This document shows, piece after piece, positions 43,641-54,175 of a DNA stretch of 61,795 nucleotides. The DNA is taken from positions 1-61,795 of IMG/VR virus record IMGVR_UViG_3300031825_000009; one strand, written 5' to 3'. The notes beneath the pieces are model-generated. The model saw nothing but the letters and a program-made list of their open reading frames with translations. It was not told where the DNA came from and ran no database searches. The number at the start of each line of letters is the position of its first letter. Positions within the stretch are counted from its first letter, which is position 1. The DNA comes from a virus (taxonomy: Duplodnaviria; Caudoviricetes). A program made the position numbers and the translations under genes.

Positions 43641-43744
43641 GCGTATCAAAGGACATGGGGCCGCCGCATCGGGGCGGGCGCCCTCGGCCGCCGCGGCGAT
43701 GCGCGACCGCGCGGCGGGCGTCTCGCCCCCGCCCCTACCCTCAC

Positions 43745-43860
43745 GGGTCCTTCCCCCACCCCTGCCCGAATGCGGGCAAACACAGGGCGGGGGTTTTCTG
43801 GTTTTGCAGCCATTTCCGCGGGTTGACGCGGTTGACGAGGTGGACGGATGTCGGTTGACG
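43745..43860 (+). other. Lambda-type cos region (cosQ, cosN, cosB-like repeats)
   Basis: GGGTCCT at 43745, 23-nt spacer, 12-mer, then GGGGTTTTC; three GGTTGACG repeats before/at terS. Confidence 0.6.
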
Positions 43861-44453
43861 CGGCCGGTGCGCCGCTGATGCTCTCGGTCTCCGAGGTCGC
43901 CCGGATGAAGGGCGTCTCGAAGGAGGCCGTGTCGAAGCGGGTGAAGCGCTTCGAGGCGCAGGGCCTCATCGCGACGCGGACCGAGCGCGGCCAGAAGCTG
44001 GTGCCGCTCGCCGAGTACGACCGGCTCATCGATGAGACGACCGACTTCGCCAAGCTGCGGGGCGAGACGGCGCCGGCCGCCGCACGGGCGCCGGCGCGGT
44101 CGACCGACGAGAACCCGGTCTACGTCCAAGAGCAGGCCCGCAAGCTCCGGTACGAAGCGGACCTGAAGCAGATCGCGCTCAAGCGCCAGCTGGGCGAGAT
44201 CGTCGCCATCGCGGACGTCGAGCGGGCGATGGCGCGGTGCGCGGAGGTGATCGTCCGGCGCATCGATCGGCTGCCGGGGCTCGCCGACGAGCTCGCGGGC
44301 GCCGTGGGCAAGGGCGGCGTCGACGCCGCGCGGGCATGGCTGCGGGACACCGCACGGGATCTCCGGCAGGCGCTCGCCGATTCGATGCGCCTCCTCGAGG
44401 GCGAGGAGGCGGCCGCCGGCCAGGGCGATGACAGCGACGAGGAAGACGCATGA
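43848..44453 (+). CDS. Terminase small subunit
   Basis: N-terminal HTH and coiled coil; upstream of terL. Confidence 0.78.
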   Translation: MSVDAAGAPLMLSVSEVARMKGVSKEAVSKRVKRFEAQGLIATRTERGQKLVPLAEYDRLIDETTDFAKLRGETAPAAARAPARSTDENPVYVQEQARKLRYEADLKQIALKRQLGEIVAIADVERAMARCAEVIVRRIDRLPGLADELAGAVGKGGVDAARAWLRDTARDLRQALADSMRLLEGEEAAAGQGDDSDEEDA

Positions 44454-46423
44454 TCCGGCCGACCCGCAGCGCGATCGCGATCGTCGCCGGTGCGCTCGCC
44501 GCTGTGCTTGCGCCGCCGCCGCCGATGCTGCCGTCGGCGTGGGCGCGCGAGCACCTCGTCGTGCCGGATGGCCCGCGTGCCGGCGAGCGCTGGGATCCGA
44601 CGCTCACGCCCTATGTGGTCGAGATCCTCGACAACCTCGCGCCCGAGGCGCCGTGGACCGAGATCGCCGTCCGCAAGAGCGCGCAGACCGGCCTCACAAC
44701 GCTGATGATCGCCTGGCTCGCCAGCGTCATCGACGCGGCGCCCTGCCGGATGATGATCGTCCTGCCGACGATCGACCTCCTGCAGGAGTTCAATCGCGAA
44801 AAGCTCTCGCCGGCCTTCGAGGCGACGAAGCCCGTCGCCGCCAAGCTCTTTCCGCAGTCGCGGACCTCGGCCGGCTCGACGCTGTTCTCGAAGCGCTTCC
44901 CCGGCGGCTCGCTGGTGCTCGCGAACGCCAACTCGGTCAACGACCTCTCGTCGAAGACGATCAAGTACGTCGGATGCGACGAGATCGACCGGTGGCCGGA
45001 GGATCTGGACGGCCAGGGCGACCCGATGGGCATGGTCGAGGCCCGATACATGTCGTTCCGGGCCTCGCGGGACTACAAGAAATTCGCCATCTCGACGCCG
45101 ACGATCGAGGGCGCGAGCCGGATCGACGAGGCGTTCCACGCCGGCGACCAGCGCTATTGGCACATCGACTGCCCGGGCTGCGGCGAGGCGATCCGCATCG
45201 AGTTCAAGCACCTGAAGTTCGCCCGCGAGAAGCCCTACGGGGCGCACTACGTGGCGCCGTGCTGCGGCACGGTGATCGAGGGGCACGAAAAGAACGCTCT
45301 GGTGCGCGCCGGGCGGTTCATCGCGACGGAACCGGGCATCGGCCGGGCGCCGAGCTACCACGTCGACACCCTCGTCTCGCTGCTCGTGCCGTGGGACGAC
45401 GTCGCCGAGGACTGGTGGAAGTCGCAGGGCGACGAGAAGAAGCTGAAGCGCTTCTTCAACCTGTGGCTCGGCCTCCCCTACCGGATGCGCGGCGACGCGC
45501 CCGAGTGGGAGCGCCTGATGGAACGGCGGATCGACTACGCGCCCCGCACGATCCCGGCCGGCGGGCTCATCTTCACCGGCTTCGCCGACGTGCAGGGCAG
45601 CGGAATCTACGTCGAAACGGTCGCGCACGGCCGTGATCAGGTGTCGTGGACGATCGAGGCGTTCTTCATCGAAGGCGAGACGGACGATGCGACCGGCGGC
45701 GCCTTCGCCGAGCTCGCCAAGGTCATCGAGCGGACCTATCCCGACGCCTTCGGCAACCGGTGGACCTTCGACGCCTTCGGCGTGGATGCCGGCTACAACC
45801 AGCACGTCGTCACGACCTTCGTCCGCGGCCGCCCGAACGTCTACGCCTGCAAGGGCCAGCCGGGATGGTTCGCGCCGGCGATCGGCGTCGCGACGCCGGT
45901 CGACATCAACTATCGGGGCAAGCGCACCAAGCACGGCTGCCTGCTCTGGCCGATCGGCAACTGGTCCCTGAAGGGCATCTTCTACTCGCGGCTGAGGAAG
46001 GAAGGCCGCCAAGCGGGCGCGGAGATCGACCCGCCCGGCTATTGCCACTTCGGAACCTTCCTCGACCAGGGCTATTTCCAGCAGATCACCGCCGAATCGC
46101 TCGACACCGTCAAGAAGAACGGCCGCACGACGCGCGAGTGGCGCGAGCACGGGCCGAACCACTGGCTCGACTGCCGCATCGGCAACATGGCGCTCGCCGA
46201 GCTTCCGCACATCGGGCTCTCGCGGATGACGGACGACGATTGGAAAGCGCTCGCCAAGGCGCGCGGCGTGCCGGAGACCGCCTTCGACGACCTCTTCGCG
46301 CCCCGTCCCGTCGCCCCGCGGGCGGACACCGAGGCCGAGCCGGCCGCCGTCAACGCGGCGCCGGTCAAGAAGCCCCTCGCCGCCGCCGTCGCCGCGCTCG
46401 CGGCGCTCAACCGCAACGCCTGA
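44450..46423 (+). CDS. Terminase large subunit (lambda gpA family)
   Basis: KSAQTGLT, DEIDRW, ISTPT, GDQRYW, ADVQ, NHWLDC. Confidence 0.93.
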   Translation: MIRPTRSAIAIVAGALAAVLAPPPPMLPSAWAREHLVVPDGPRAGERWDPTLTPYVVEILDNLAPEAPWTEIAVRKSAQTGLTTLMIAWLASVIDAAPCRMMIVLPTIDLLQEFNREKLSPAFEATKPVAAKLFPQSRTSAGSTLFSKRFPGGSLVLANANSVNDLSSKTIKYVGCDEIDRWPEDLDGQGDPMGMVEARYMSFRASRDYKKFAISTPTIEGASRIDEAFHAGDQRYWHIDCPGCGEAIRIEFKHLKFAREKPYGAHYVAPCCGTVIEGHEKNALVRAGRFIATEPGIGRAPSYHVDTLVSLLVPWDDVAEDWWKSQGDEKKLKRFFNLWLGLPYRMRGDAPEWERLMERRIDYAPRTIPAGGLIFTGFADVQGSGIYVETVAHGRDQVSWTIEAFFIEGETDDATGGAFAELAKVIERTYPDAFGNRWTFDAFGVDAGYNQHVVTTFVRGRPNVYACKGQPGWFAPAIGVATPVDINYRGKRTKHGCLLWPIGNWSLKGIFYSRLRKEGRQAGAEIDPPGYCHFGTFLDQGYFQQITAESLDTVKKNGRTTREWREHGPNHWLDCRIGNMALAELPHIGLSRMTDDDWKALAKARGVPETAFDDLFAPRPVAPRADTEAEPAAVNAAPVKKPLAAAVAALAALNRNA

Positions 46424-46430
46424 GGTTCCG

Positions 46431-46670
46431 ATGACGCTCGAAGAGATCGACGCGGCAATCGCCGCGCTCGAGACGGCGCGCCGCGCCCGCCTGACGGGCA
46501 CCCAGGTGGTGAAGAGCAGCTATCCCGACCTGGGCTCGGTCGAGATGGCGGCGGCGACCGTCGAGGAGATCAACATGGAGATCGCCCGGCTGCGGCTCAT
46601 GCGGTCGCGGATGGCCGGAGGCCCCTCCGGCATCGGTCCCGTCCGCGTCGGCTTCGGAGGCCGGCTGTGA
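46431..46670 (+). CDS. gpW-like head-tail joining protein
   Basis: Small helical ORF between terL and portal. Confidence 0.7.
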   Translation: MTLEEIDAAIAALETARRARLTGTQVVKSSYPDLGSVEMAAATVEEINMEIARLRLMRSRMAGGPSGIGPVRVGFGGRL

Positions 46671-48274
46671 ACGAGCCCCTCCCGCCGGTGACCGAGACCG
46701 CGGCGCCGCGCCCCGAAGCCTCGGCGGCGCGATCGGCGCACGCCGCCGGCGATCTCGGCGCGCAGGCGGTCGCCGGATGGATGCCGGCGCTCAACTCGGC
46801 GGACACGGATTGGCTGCCGGAGCGCGACCTGTCCGTCGCGCGAATCCGCGACCTCGTGCGGAACGAGGGATGGGCGCAGTCGGCGGTCGATCGGCTCGTC
46901 GACATGACGGTCGGCGCGACGTTCCGCCTGTCGGCGAAGCCCGATGCCCGCGGCCTCGGCATCCCGGAAGAGGCGGCGAAGGAGTTCGCGCAGGAGATCG
47001 AGGCGAAGTGGCGGTCGTTCGCCGAGGATCCGACGTTCCGGAACGATGCGCAGCGCCGCCTTCCCTTCGTCGGGCAGATCGGACTGCTCGCGCGCGAGAT
47101 GGTGCAGGCCGGCGAGGGCCTCGCCCAGCTGCGCTGGATCCCCCGCGCGGGCTGGCCGTATGCGACGTGCCTGCAGGTGATCGACGTCGACCGGCTGTCG
47201 AACCCCTACGGCAAGTCGGACGATGAGCAGCTGCGCGGCGGCGTCGAGCTCGACGAGAACGGCGCTCCGATCGCCTACCACCTGCGCGGCAGCCATCCCG
47301 GCGAGCGCTGGACCAGCCCCGCCGCCTACCGTTGGGACCGGATTCCGCGCTGGGATGACGTCTACGGCTGGGAACGGCCGAAGATGCTCCACATCTTCGA
47401 GCCGCACCGGCCGGACCAGACGCGGGGCGTGTCGCGTCTCGTCGCCTCGCTCGTCAAGACGCGGCTGCTGTCGCGTCATTCCGAGGCCGAGGTGAAGGCC
47501 GCGGCGATCAACGGCTCAATCGTCGGGGCGATCTACACGCAACTCGGGCAGGAGTTCGCCGCCGAAGTGCTCGGCGGAGACCACTCCCGCGCCGGCGTCG
47601 ATTGGGTGGGCCTCAACGAGGCGCGGGGCGCCTTCTACGGCGACCGTCGCGTGCTCGACGACGCGCGGTTCCTGACGCTCTTTCCGAGCGACAAGCTCGA
47701 GATGAACGTCAACCCGCGCAACACGGTCGGCTTTCCGGCCTTTCAGACCGCGTTCCTGCAGAACTTCGCGGCCTCGCTCGGCCTGTCCTACGAACAGCTG
47801 TCGATGGACTGGTCGCGGACCAACTATTCGAGCGCTCGGGCGGCGCTCAACGAGGTGTGGCGGGCGATCGGGCGGCTTCGGGCGACGATCACATGGGGTG
47901 CGGCGCAGCCGATCTATACCGCGTGGCTCGAGGACGCCCTCGACACCGGCGACATCGTGGCTCCGCCCGGGGCGCCGGACTTCTACGAAGCACCGGCGGC
48001 CTATGTCCGCTCGGAATGGATCGGCCCGGCCCGCGGCTACGTCGACCCGGTGAAGGAAGCCCAGGCCGCGGCGCTCCGGATCAAGGCCCGCATCTCGACG
48101 CTCGAGCGCGAGATCGCTGAACAGGGCGGAGACATCAACCTGGTGCTGCCGCAGCTCGCCCGCGAGGCGGCCGCCCTCGGCGCGCTCGGGCTCTCGGCGG
48201 CCGAAACCGACCTCGCGGTCGTGGCACCGACAGATGGACCGGCGGCCGATCGGCGGCCGGCCGAGGAAGGGTAG
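46667..48274 (+). CDS. Lambda-family portal protein
   Basis: RDLVRN, GGVELD, QTRGVS, NYSSARA, VDPVKE. Confidence 0.93.
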   Translation: MNEPLPPVTETAAPRPEASAARSAHAAGDLGAQAVAGWMPALNSADTDWLPERDLSVARIRDLVRNEGWAQSAVDRLVDMTVGATFRLSAKPDARGLGIPEEAAKEFAQEIEAKWRSFAEDPTFRNDAQRRLPFVGQIGLLAREMVQAGEGLAQLRWIPRAGWPYATCLQVIDVDRLSNPYGKSDDEQLRGGVELDENGAPIAYHLRGSHPGERWTSPAAYRWDRIPRWDDVYGWERPKMLHIFEPHRPDQTRGVSRLVASLVKTRLLSRHSEAEVKAAAINGSIVGAIYTQLGQEFAAEVLGGDHSRAGVDWVGLNEARGAFYGDRRVLDDARFLTLFPSDKLEMNVNPRNTVGFPAFQTAFLQNFAASLGLSYEQLSMDWSRTNYSSARAALNEVWRAIGRLRATITWGAAQPIYTAWLEDALDTGDIVAPPGAPDFYEAPAAYVRSEWIGPARGYVDPVKEAQAAALRIKARISTLEREIAEQGGDINLVLPQLAREAAALGALGLSAAETDLAVVAPTDGPAADRRPAEEG

Positions 48275-48279
48275 ACAGC

Positions 48280-49767
48280 ATGTCGCGCGACGCATCGGCG
48301 GCCGCCCGGTTCTTCGGGCGGGCGGTCCTGCTCGACCCGCAGCACGGCCGGGACCAGGTCGCGGCGCTCCTCGCCCGCTGCAGCGAGCGCGAGCCGGTGC
48401 TCGGCCGTCTCGGCCGGATGCTCGGTCTCGCGCGTGCCGGCGACGACGGCGAGCGGCCGGACCGCCCCGCTGCCTGGACGCCGCCCTATCTCCGCGCCCG
48501 GTCGACGGTCCGCCCGTCGGGGCTCGTCGTCGCCGAGGGTGTCGCCGTCCTCGACGTGCGCGGGCCGCTGCTCGACCGCGCGCTCGTCTGGTGGGACGGC
48601 GAGGTGTGGTGCGACGGCTACGACCGCGTTTCCGCCGCGCTCGACGAGGCACGGCTCGACCCGGTGATCCGGGCCGTGCTCATCCGATTCGACACGCCCG
48701 GCGGCCTCGTCGACGGACTCGAAGGGTGCGCCCGATCCATCCGCGCCGTCTCGGCGGCGGGGAAGCCGGTTCACGGCTACGTGGGCGCCATGGCGCTCTC
48801 GGCCGGCTATTGGCTCGCCGCGGCCTGCGACCGGATCGTCTCGTCGCCGGAAGGTCTCACCGGCTCGGTCGGCGTCATCATCCTGCACATGGAGATGAGC
48901 GGGTGGCTCGCCGAGACGGGGATCACCGTCACGCCGATCACCTTCGGCGCGAAGAAGGCGGACGGCTCGCCCTATGCGCCGCTCTCCGAGACGGCCCGCA
49001 CCGACATGCAGGGGATGGTCGACGAGCTCGGCCTTCGCTTCGCGGGCCACGTGGCCGGTCGGCGCGGCCTCGCCGTCGCCGACGTGGTCGCGCTTCAGGC
49101 CGGCGTGCTGATGCCGAGCGGCGCCACGCCGGCCGCCCTCATCGACGAAGTCGCCTTCGAGGACGAGGCCTTCGCCTCGCTCCTCTCGACCCTCGGGACG
49201 AGCGGTTCCGAGGACGCATCCCCCCCAGCACAGGAGGCCGATATGGGCCTGAGGGACAAGATCACGGCCATTCTTTCCGGCCGCGGCTCCGCCAACGCGA
49301 AGCTCAAGCGCCTCGGCGCGGCTGTGGCCGAGGACGAAGATGAGAAGACCGCCGCCGGCGCCGAGGACGACGAGGACGAAACGTCGGCCGAGGGCGAGGA
49401 GGACAAGCCGGTGGACGACGAGGAGACCGCCGCCGAGGGCGAGGACGACAAGCCCGAGGACGAATACGAGGACGGGCCGGCGGCCGGCGCCAGCCTGAAG
49501 ACGGCGAAGGCGATCCTCGACCTGCCCTCGGCGAAGGGACGCGAGAAGCTCGCCCGCGAGCTGGCGTTCGCCGGCTTGTCGGTGAAGACGGCCGACCGGC
49601 TGCTCTCGGCGGCGCCGAAGGCCGGCGGCCGCCTGACCGAGGCGATGGCGGGGCGCGACGTGAATCCCGGCAGCGGCGCCGGCGCGGGCGGCAAGGGCGA
49701 CACCGCCGACCGCATGGCGTCGAACTTCGCGGCCGCCGGCGGCTCCACGCGGCTCCGCAAGGCCTGA
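48280..49767 (+). CDS. S49 prohead protease with nested scaffold (internal AGGAGG-ATG at 49243)
   Basis: DTPGG, ALSAGYWLA, GSVGV; acidic C-terminal Nu3-like region. Confidence 0.88.
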   Translation: MSRDASAAARFFGRAVLLDPQHGRDQVAALLARCSEREPVLGRLGRMLGLARAGDDGERPDRPAAWTPPYLRARSTVRPSGLVVAEGVAVLDVRGPLLDRALVWWDGEVWCDGYDRVSAALDEARLDPVIRAVLIRFDTPGGLVDGLEGCARSIRAVSAAGKPVHGYVGAMALSAGYWLAAACDRIVSSPEGLTGSVGVIILHMEMSGWLAETGITVTPITFGAKKADGSPYAPLSETARTDMQGMVDELGLRFAGHVAGRRGLAVADVVALQAGVLMPSGATPAALIDEVAFEDEAFASLLSTLGTSGSEDASPPAQEADMGLRDKITAILSGRGSANAKLKRLGAAVAEDEDEKTAAGAEDDEDETSAEGEEDKPVDDEETAAEGEDDKPEDEYEDGPAAGASLKTAKAILDLPSAKGREKLARELAFAGLSVKTADRLLSAAPKAGGRLTEAMAGRDVNPGSGAGAGGKGDTADRMASNFAAAGGSTRLRKA

Positions 49768-49821
49768 CCCGAACTCCCCCGCAGCCCGGCCGGACCCGGC
49801 CGACGACAGAGGACCACCAAC

Positions 49822-50181
49822 ATGGCGGAGACCTTCACCTATTCCCCCGACGACCTCATCGTCGGGGACATGCCCGTCTTCAGCGAGCCGGAGACGATCG
49901 CCGCGGGCCAAAACCTCGCCCGCGGCTCCGTTCTCGGCCGCGTCACGGCGAGCAAGAAGCTGATCCTGTCGCTTTTGGCCGCGAGCGACGGCTCGCAGAC
50001 GCCGGTCGCGATCCTCGTCGCCGCGACCGATGCGAGCGGCGGCGACGTCTCGGCGCCGGTCTACAAGGCCGGCCACTTCGACGAGACCAAGCTCGTCTAC
50101 GGCGCCGGCCACACGGCCGAGACCGTGAAGCTCGCCTTCGGCGGCAAGGGCATCTTCCTGCGCGAGCCGCTCGCGCTCTGA
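49822..50181 (+). CDS. Head decoration protein (gpD-like)
   Basis: GSVLGRVT, DGSQTPVAIL. Confidence 0.85.
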   Translation: MAETFTYSPDDLIVGDMPVFSEPETIAAGQNLARGSVLGRVTASKKLILSLLAASDGSQTPVAILVAATDASGGDVSAPVYKAGHFDETKLVYGAGHTAETVKLAFGGKGIFLREPLAL

Positions 50182-50241
50182 CGACATCGGCGCCGGCGGT
50201 CGGCGCCGCCTTCCCCGCATCTCATCAAAAGGAGATCCGAC

Positions 50242-51276
50242 ATGCCCGTCGGCGCCTATGACACCCGCACGCTGCTGAAGGTGATCGAGGAGAAGCTCGA
50301 CCGTCCGAAGACGTTCCTGCTCGACACCTTCTTCCCGACGATCCAGACCTTCGACACCGAGTCGATCGACTTCGACATCCTGAAGACGAAGGCGAAGCTC
50401 GCGCCGTTCGTCCATCCGGACGCGACCGCTCGGCCGACGCGCACGGGCGGCTACGAGACGAAGACCTTCAAGCCGGCCTACATCAAGATGCTCGAGGCGG
50501 TGAAGCCCGGCCGGGCGCTGAAGCGGCGCGCCGGCGAGCGCTACATGGGCGAGATGTCGCCCGAGGCGCGCATGGACGCCATCATCACCGACGTCCTCGA
50601 CGCGCAGCGCAAGGCGATCCTGCGGCGCAAGGAGTGGATGGCGGCGCAGGCGGTCCGCTTCGGGCAGGTCGTCGTCGAAGGGCCGGACTATCCGAAGCAG
50701 ATCGTCGACTACGACCGGCACGAGGATCTGACCGTCACGCTGCTGACCACCGCCCGCTGGGGCGAGAGCGGCGTCGACCCGCTCGACGACATCGAGACCT
50801 GGGCGGGCCTCGTGCAGGATCACTGCGGCGTCGCCGGCACGATGATCACGTTCGCGCCGGGGGCGTGGAAGATCGCCCGACAGTCCGAGCGGCTGATGAA
50901 GCTGCTCGACCTCCGCCGGCAGGCCTCGGGCAACGTCGAACTCGGGCCGGTATCGGTCGACAACACGATCACCGGCGCTCGCTACGTCGGCACGATCGGC
51001 GAGCTCGACTTCCACGTCTACCAGCAGAGCTACGACGAGGAGAACGGCACGGCGGCGAAGTTCCTCGACGACTTCAACGTCATCGTCGGGTCGTCGTTCG
51101 TCGAAGGCGTGCAGGCGCACGGCGCCATCGAGGACGTCGAGGTGCTGCGCCCGCTCGAGATCCTCCCCGACGTCTACGACGAGAAGAACCCGTCGCGGCG
51201 CTTCGTGAAGTCCGAGTCGGCGCCGCTCGTCGTGCCGACCCGCGTCAACGCGGCGCTCTGCGCCAAGGTGCGCTGA
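50242..51276 (+). CDS. Major capsid protein (lambda gpE-like)
   Basis: LAPFVHP, FKPAYIK, EWMAAQA, SAPL. Confidence 0.93.
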   Translation: MPVGAYDTRTLLKVIEEKLDRPKTFLLDTFFPTIQTFDTESIDFDILKTKAKLAPFVHPDATARPTRTGGYETKTFKPAYIKMLEAVKPGRALKRRAGERYMGEMSPEARMDAIITDVLDAQRKAILRRKEWMAAQAVRFGQVVVEGPDYPKQIVDYDRHEDLTVTLLTTARWGESGVDPLDDIETWAGLVQDHCGVAGTMITFAPGAWKIARQSERLMKLLDLRRQASGNVELGPVSVDNTITGARYVGTIGELDFHVYQQSYDEENGTAAKFLDDFNVIVGSSFVEGVQAHGAIEDVEVLRPLEILPDVYDEKNPSRRFVKSESAPLVVPTRVNAALCAKVR

Positions 51277-51338
51277 GGCGCGACGCCGGCCGGCGCGCCC
51301 GCGCCGGCCTCCCCCTTCCCGAACGATGAGGACCGGAG

Positions 51339-51551
51339 ATGAGCGCCAAGAAGGCGAAGACGGTCGAGCGGCTGGTGCTGATCGGCACGGTGCGGCTCGG
51401 CGAGCAGACGGCCCGCAAGGGCGACGTGGTGGATCTGTCGGAAGCGGATGCGGCGGCCCTCGACGCCACCGGCATCGTCGGCCCGGTGCCGGCCGCGCCC
51501 GCGCGCGTCGCGATCGAGACCGCCGACGCCGACGAGGGCGGCGCGGCCTGA
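51339..51551 (+). CDS. Small virion-associated protein
   Basis: GGAG SD; follows the capsid gene. Confidence 0.6.
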   Translation: MSAKKAKTVERLVLIGTVRLGEQTARKGDVVDLSEADAAALDATGIVGPVPAAPARVAIETADADEGGAA

Positions 51552-51865
51552 TGGCCGAGCTCGACCCTGCGACCCGGACGGTGGACGTGCAGTTCGCCGT
51601 CTGGGGCCGACCCGGCAGCTACCAGCCGGCGGAGGGGCCGGCCGTCGCCTGCAGCGTGATCGTGACGCGGCCGCAGGAGATCGACGAGCTCGGCCAGTCG
51701 AGGCTCGTGCGCGAGCGCCGGCACGCCAAGGTCAGGGCCGCGGAGGCGACGCCGGCGGAAGGCGGCTGCTTCGTGGTCGGGACCGCCGACTATCGCGTGA
51801 TCGCGGCGCCGCGAAAGGCCGACCCGCTCGGGCTCGTCTGGACGTGCGAGGTCGCGCCGGCATGA
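51551..51865 (+). CDS. Head-tail joining protein (gpFII-like)
   Basis: Beta-rich ORF ending DPLGLVWTCEV. Confidence 0.65.
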   Translation: MAELDPATRTVDVQFAVWGRPGSYQPAEGPAVACSVIVTRPQEIDELGQSRLVRERRHAKVRAAEATPAEGGCFVVGTADYRVIAAPRKADPLGLVWTCEVAPA

Positions 51866-52533
51866 GGTTCGACCTGGCGATCGAGGGGAACCTCCGCGCG
51901 CACCTCGAGGGGCGCGAGGCGGTGCTGCGGGGCGGGCTCTACAAGGCCGCCGGGCTCGCGGCCGGGGTGGTGAAGGACCGCTACCGCGCCGCGATCGTCG
52001 GCGCCGGCCTTGGCGAGCGGCTGGGGCGGACGGTGCGCGGCGTGGTCTATCCGCGCAAGGGCACCCGCACCCTTGAGCCGTCGGCCTTCGTCTACACGAA
52101 GGCGCCGGAGCTCATCCGCGTGTTCGCCCACGGGGCGACGATCCGGCCGGTGAAGGGCGGCGTCTATCTCTGGATCCCGACCGAGAACGTGCCGGGCTTC
52201 GGAAACCGGAAGACGCTCTCGCCCACCGAGGTCGAGGACCGCTTCGGCGACTTCGAATACGTGCCCTCGCTCACCCGGCCGGGTGTCGTGCTCGCGACGG
52301 TCGACGGCATCCGCGCCAAGAACAAGTCCGGCTGGCGCAGAGCCTCGGCGGGCCGGAAGAAGCAGGGCCGAAACGCGGTGCGCATCGTGATGTTCATCCT
52401 CGTCCGGCAGGTGCGCCTCAAGAAGCGGATCGACTTCGACCGCCTCGTCGCCGACGCCACGGCGGCCTGGCCCGACATCGTCGCGCGGTCACTCGCCGAG
52501 GCCTTCCGCAACGAACAGGAGCCGGCGCGATGA
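51862..52533 (+). CDS. Tail completion / neck protein
   Basis: AGLGERL, GATIRP, LVRQVRLKKRID. Confidence 0.65.
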   Translation: MRFDLAIEGNLRAHLEGREAVLRGGLYKAAGLAAGVVKDRYRAAIVGAGLGERLGRTVRGVVYPRKGTRTLEPSAFVYTKAPELIRVFAHGATIRPVKGGVYLWIPTENVPGFGNRKTLSPTEVEDRFGDFEYVPSLTRPGVVLATVDGIRAKNKSGWRRASAGRKKQGRNAVRIVMFILVRQVRLKKRIDFDRLVADATAAWPDIVARSLAEAFRNEQEPAR

Positions 52534-52991
52534 CGCGGACCGAGGCGGCGCTCGTCGCCCTCAAGGCGTCGCTCGCCGCGGCTGCGGCCGCCGCGACGCC
52601 GCCCCTGCCGGCGCCGACGCGCAACCGCGAGATCGCGACGGTGCTCGCCGACCTCGCCGGCGGCGGCGCGCTCCTCAACCTCACCGACGGCGACGGCGAG
52701 GTGACGGACCGCCTCCTCGGCGAGGAGGGCGACGTCTACGAGCTGGCGCACCGCGCCGCCATCGAGCTCATCGTCGAGAACGCGGACCAGGAAGAGCGGG
52801 ACGCGACCTTCGACGCCGGGCTCGAGGTGATCGCCGCCGCCGTCGAGGCGGACGGCACGCTCGGCGGCACCGTCTCGCACGCCGAGATCGAGGCGATCGC
52901 CCGCTCGGGGCTCGTCACCGACGGCGCGCCGCAGATCAAGGCAGCCGTCGTCACCGTGCGGCTGGCGTTCACCAGCCCGCGCCCGTTCTGA
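52530..52991 (+). CDS. Tail terminator-like protein
   Basis: DGTLGG motif; upstream of the tube gene. Confidence 0.65.
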   Translation: MTRTEAALVALKASLAAAAAAATPPLPAPTRNREIATVLADLAGGGALLNLTDGDGEVTDRLLGEEGDVYELAHRAAIELIVENADQEERDATFDAGLEVIAAAVEADGTLGGTVSHAEIEAIARSGLVTDGAPQIKAAVVTVRLAFTSPRPF

Positions 52992-53001
52992 GGGACCACC
53001 C

Positions 53002-53214
53002 ATGGCCAAGACCGCAGCTTCGCCGGCACCCGCCGGCCCGCTCGTGCTCGTGCACGACCACGGCGACGTGCGCCGCGGCACCGTCGCCTCCGCCGGCGAC
53101 GACCTCGCCGCGCGCCTCCTAGCCGAGGGCGTCGCCCGGCCCGCCACCGCAACCGACCTCGCGACCTGGGGCCGCGCGCCCGTCGCCCTGAAGGAGAGCG
53201 TCGATGTCGACTGA
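53002..53214 (+). CDS. Small hypothetical protein
   Basis: SD and coupling; ARPATATDL. Confidence 0.5.
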   Translation: MAKTAASPAPAGPLVLVHDHGDVRRGTVASAGDDLAARLLAEGVARPATATDLATWGRAPVALKESVDVD

Positions 53215-54175
53215 CACCATCTTCACCGGCCGCGAGTCCCGCCTTCTCGTGAAGGACGAGGCGAGCTACGGCGTCGCGCCGTCCGGCAACTGGCTCGCGA
53301 CCTACTTCTATTCGTCGGGCCTCGCGGCGGCGCGGCCCTTCGAAGACGATCCGGTGATCGGGGTCGGCGGGGCGACGGCGCGCGACCCGTTCGACCCGGC
53401 GCCGGGCCTCACCGCGCACGGCGGCGCGCTCGTCGTGCCGCTCGACCTCGCCCACATCGGCTATTGGCTGAAGCTCGCCTTCGGCGCGCCCACGACCACC
53501 GGCACGACGGACAAGACGCACATCTTCACCTCCGGCGCCGCGCAGCTTCCGACCTACGCCGCCGAGATCAAGGCGGCGTCGGGCGAGTTCCGCCAGCACC
53601 TCGGCCTCGCGGCGCGGTCGATCCGCTTCGCCATCGCGAAGGAGGCGGGCTTCCGCCGCGTCGATCTCGACCTCGTCGGCAAGGGCGAGGCGAAGCTCGG
53701 CGCCAGCGGCGGCGGCGCCCCAGCGGTGGCGCTCGACCGGGTGCCGCTGCCGGGCGTCGTCGGCGTGGTTCGGTGGAACGGGACGGTGGTCGGCAAGGCG
53801 CTCGCCGCCGACCTCACCTATGCCACCGGCATGGACGGCGAGCGCTACCTCGACGGGGCGACGAACCCCGACGAAATCTCCGGCATCGTGCCGGCGGCCG
53901 ACCCGAGCCTCACCGGGTCGATCCGGGTCCGGGCGCCGGTCTCGACGCTCGACGACGCGGCGATCGCCGGCACGCCCGACGACCTCGAGATCGAATACGC
54001 CCTCTCGGCGACGCGCTCGCTCCTCATTGCCGCGCCGCGCGTCTTCCTCGAGCGCTCCGGCCGGCCGATCGACGGACCGGGCGGGCTCGAGCAGACGCTC
54101 AACCTGCGCGCCGCGCAGACCGCCGCCGCCGCGATGGCGACGGTGACGCTCAAGAACGCCGTCGGGAGCTACTGA
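53204..54175 (+). CDS. Tail tube protein
   Basis: IGYWLKLAFGAP...HIFTSG; position. Confidence 0.8.
   Translation: MSTDTIFTGRESRLLVKDEASYGVAPSGNWLATYFYSSGLAAARPFEDDPVIGVGGATARDPFDPAPGLTAHGGALVVPLDLAHIGYWLKLAFGAPTTTGTTDKTHIFTSGAAQLPTYAAEIKAASGEFRQHLGLAARSIRFAIAKEAGFRRVDLDLVGKGEAKLGASGGGAPAVALDRVPLPGVVGVVRWNGTVVGKALAADLTYATGMDGERYLDGATNPDEISGIVPAADPSLTGSIRVRAPVSTLDDAAIAGTPDDLEIEYALSATRSLLIAAPRVFLERSGRPIDGPGGLEQTLNLRAAQTAAAAMATVTLKNAVGSY

Noticed and set aside
48037-51120. 1027-aa antisense ORF and similar long shadows (e.g. 732-2375, 21783-24470, 35568-37703, 44120-46501, 54799-57132)
   Set aside because: In-register shadows of GC-rich genuine genes, with no evident SD/coupling or recognisable domains
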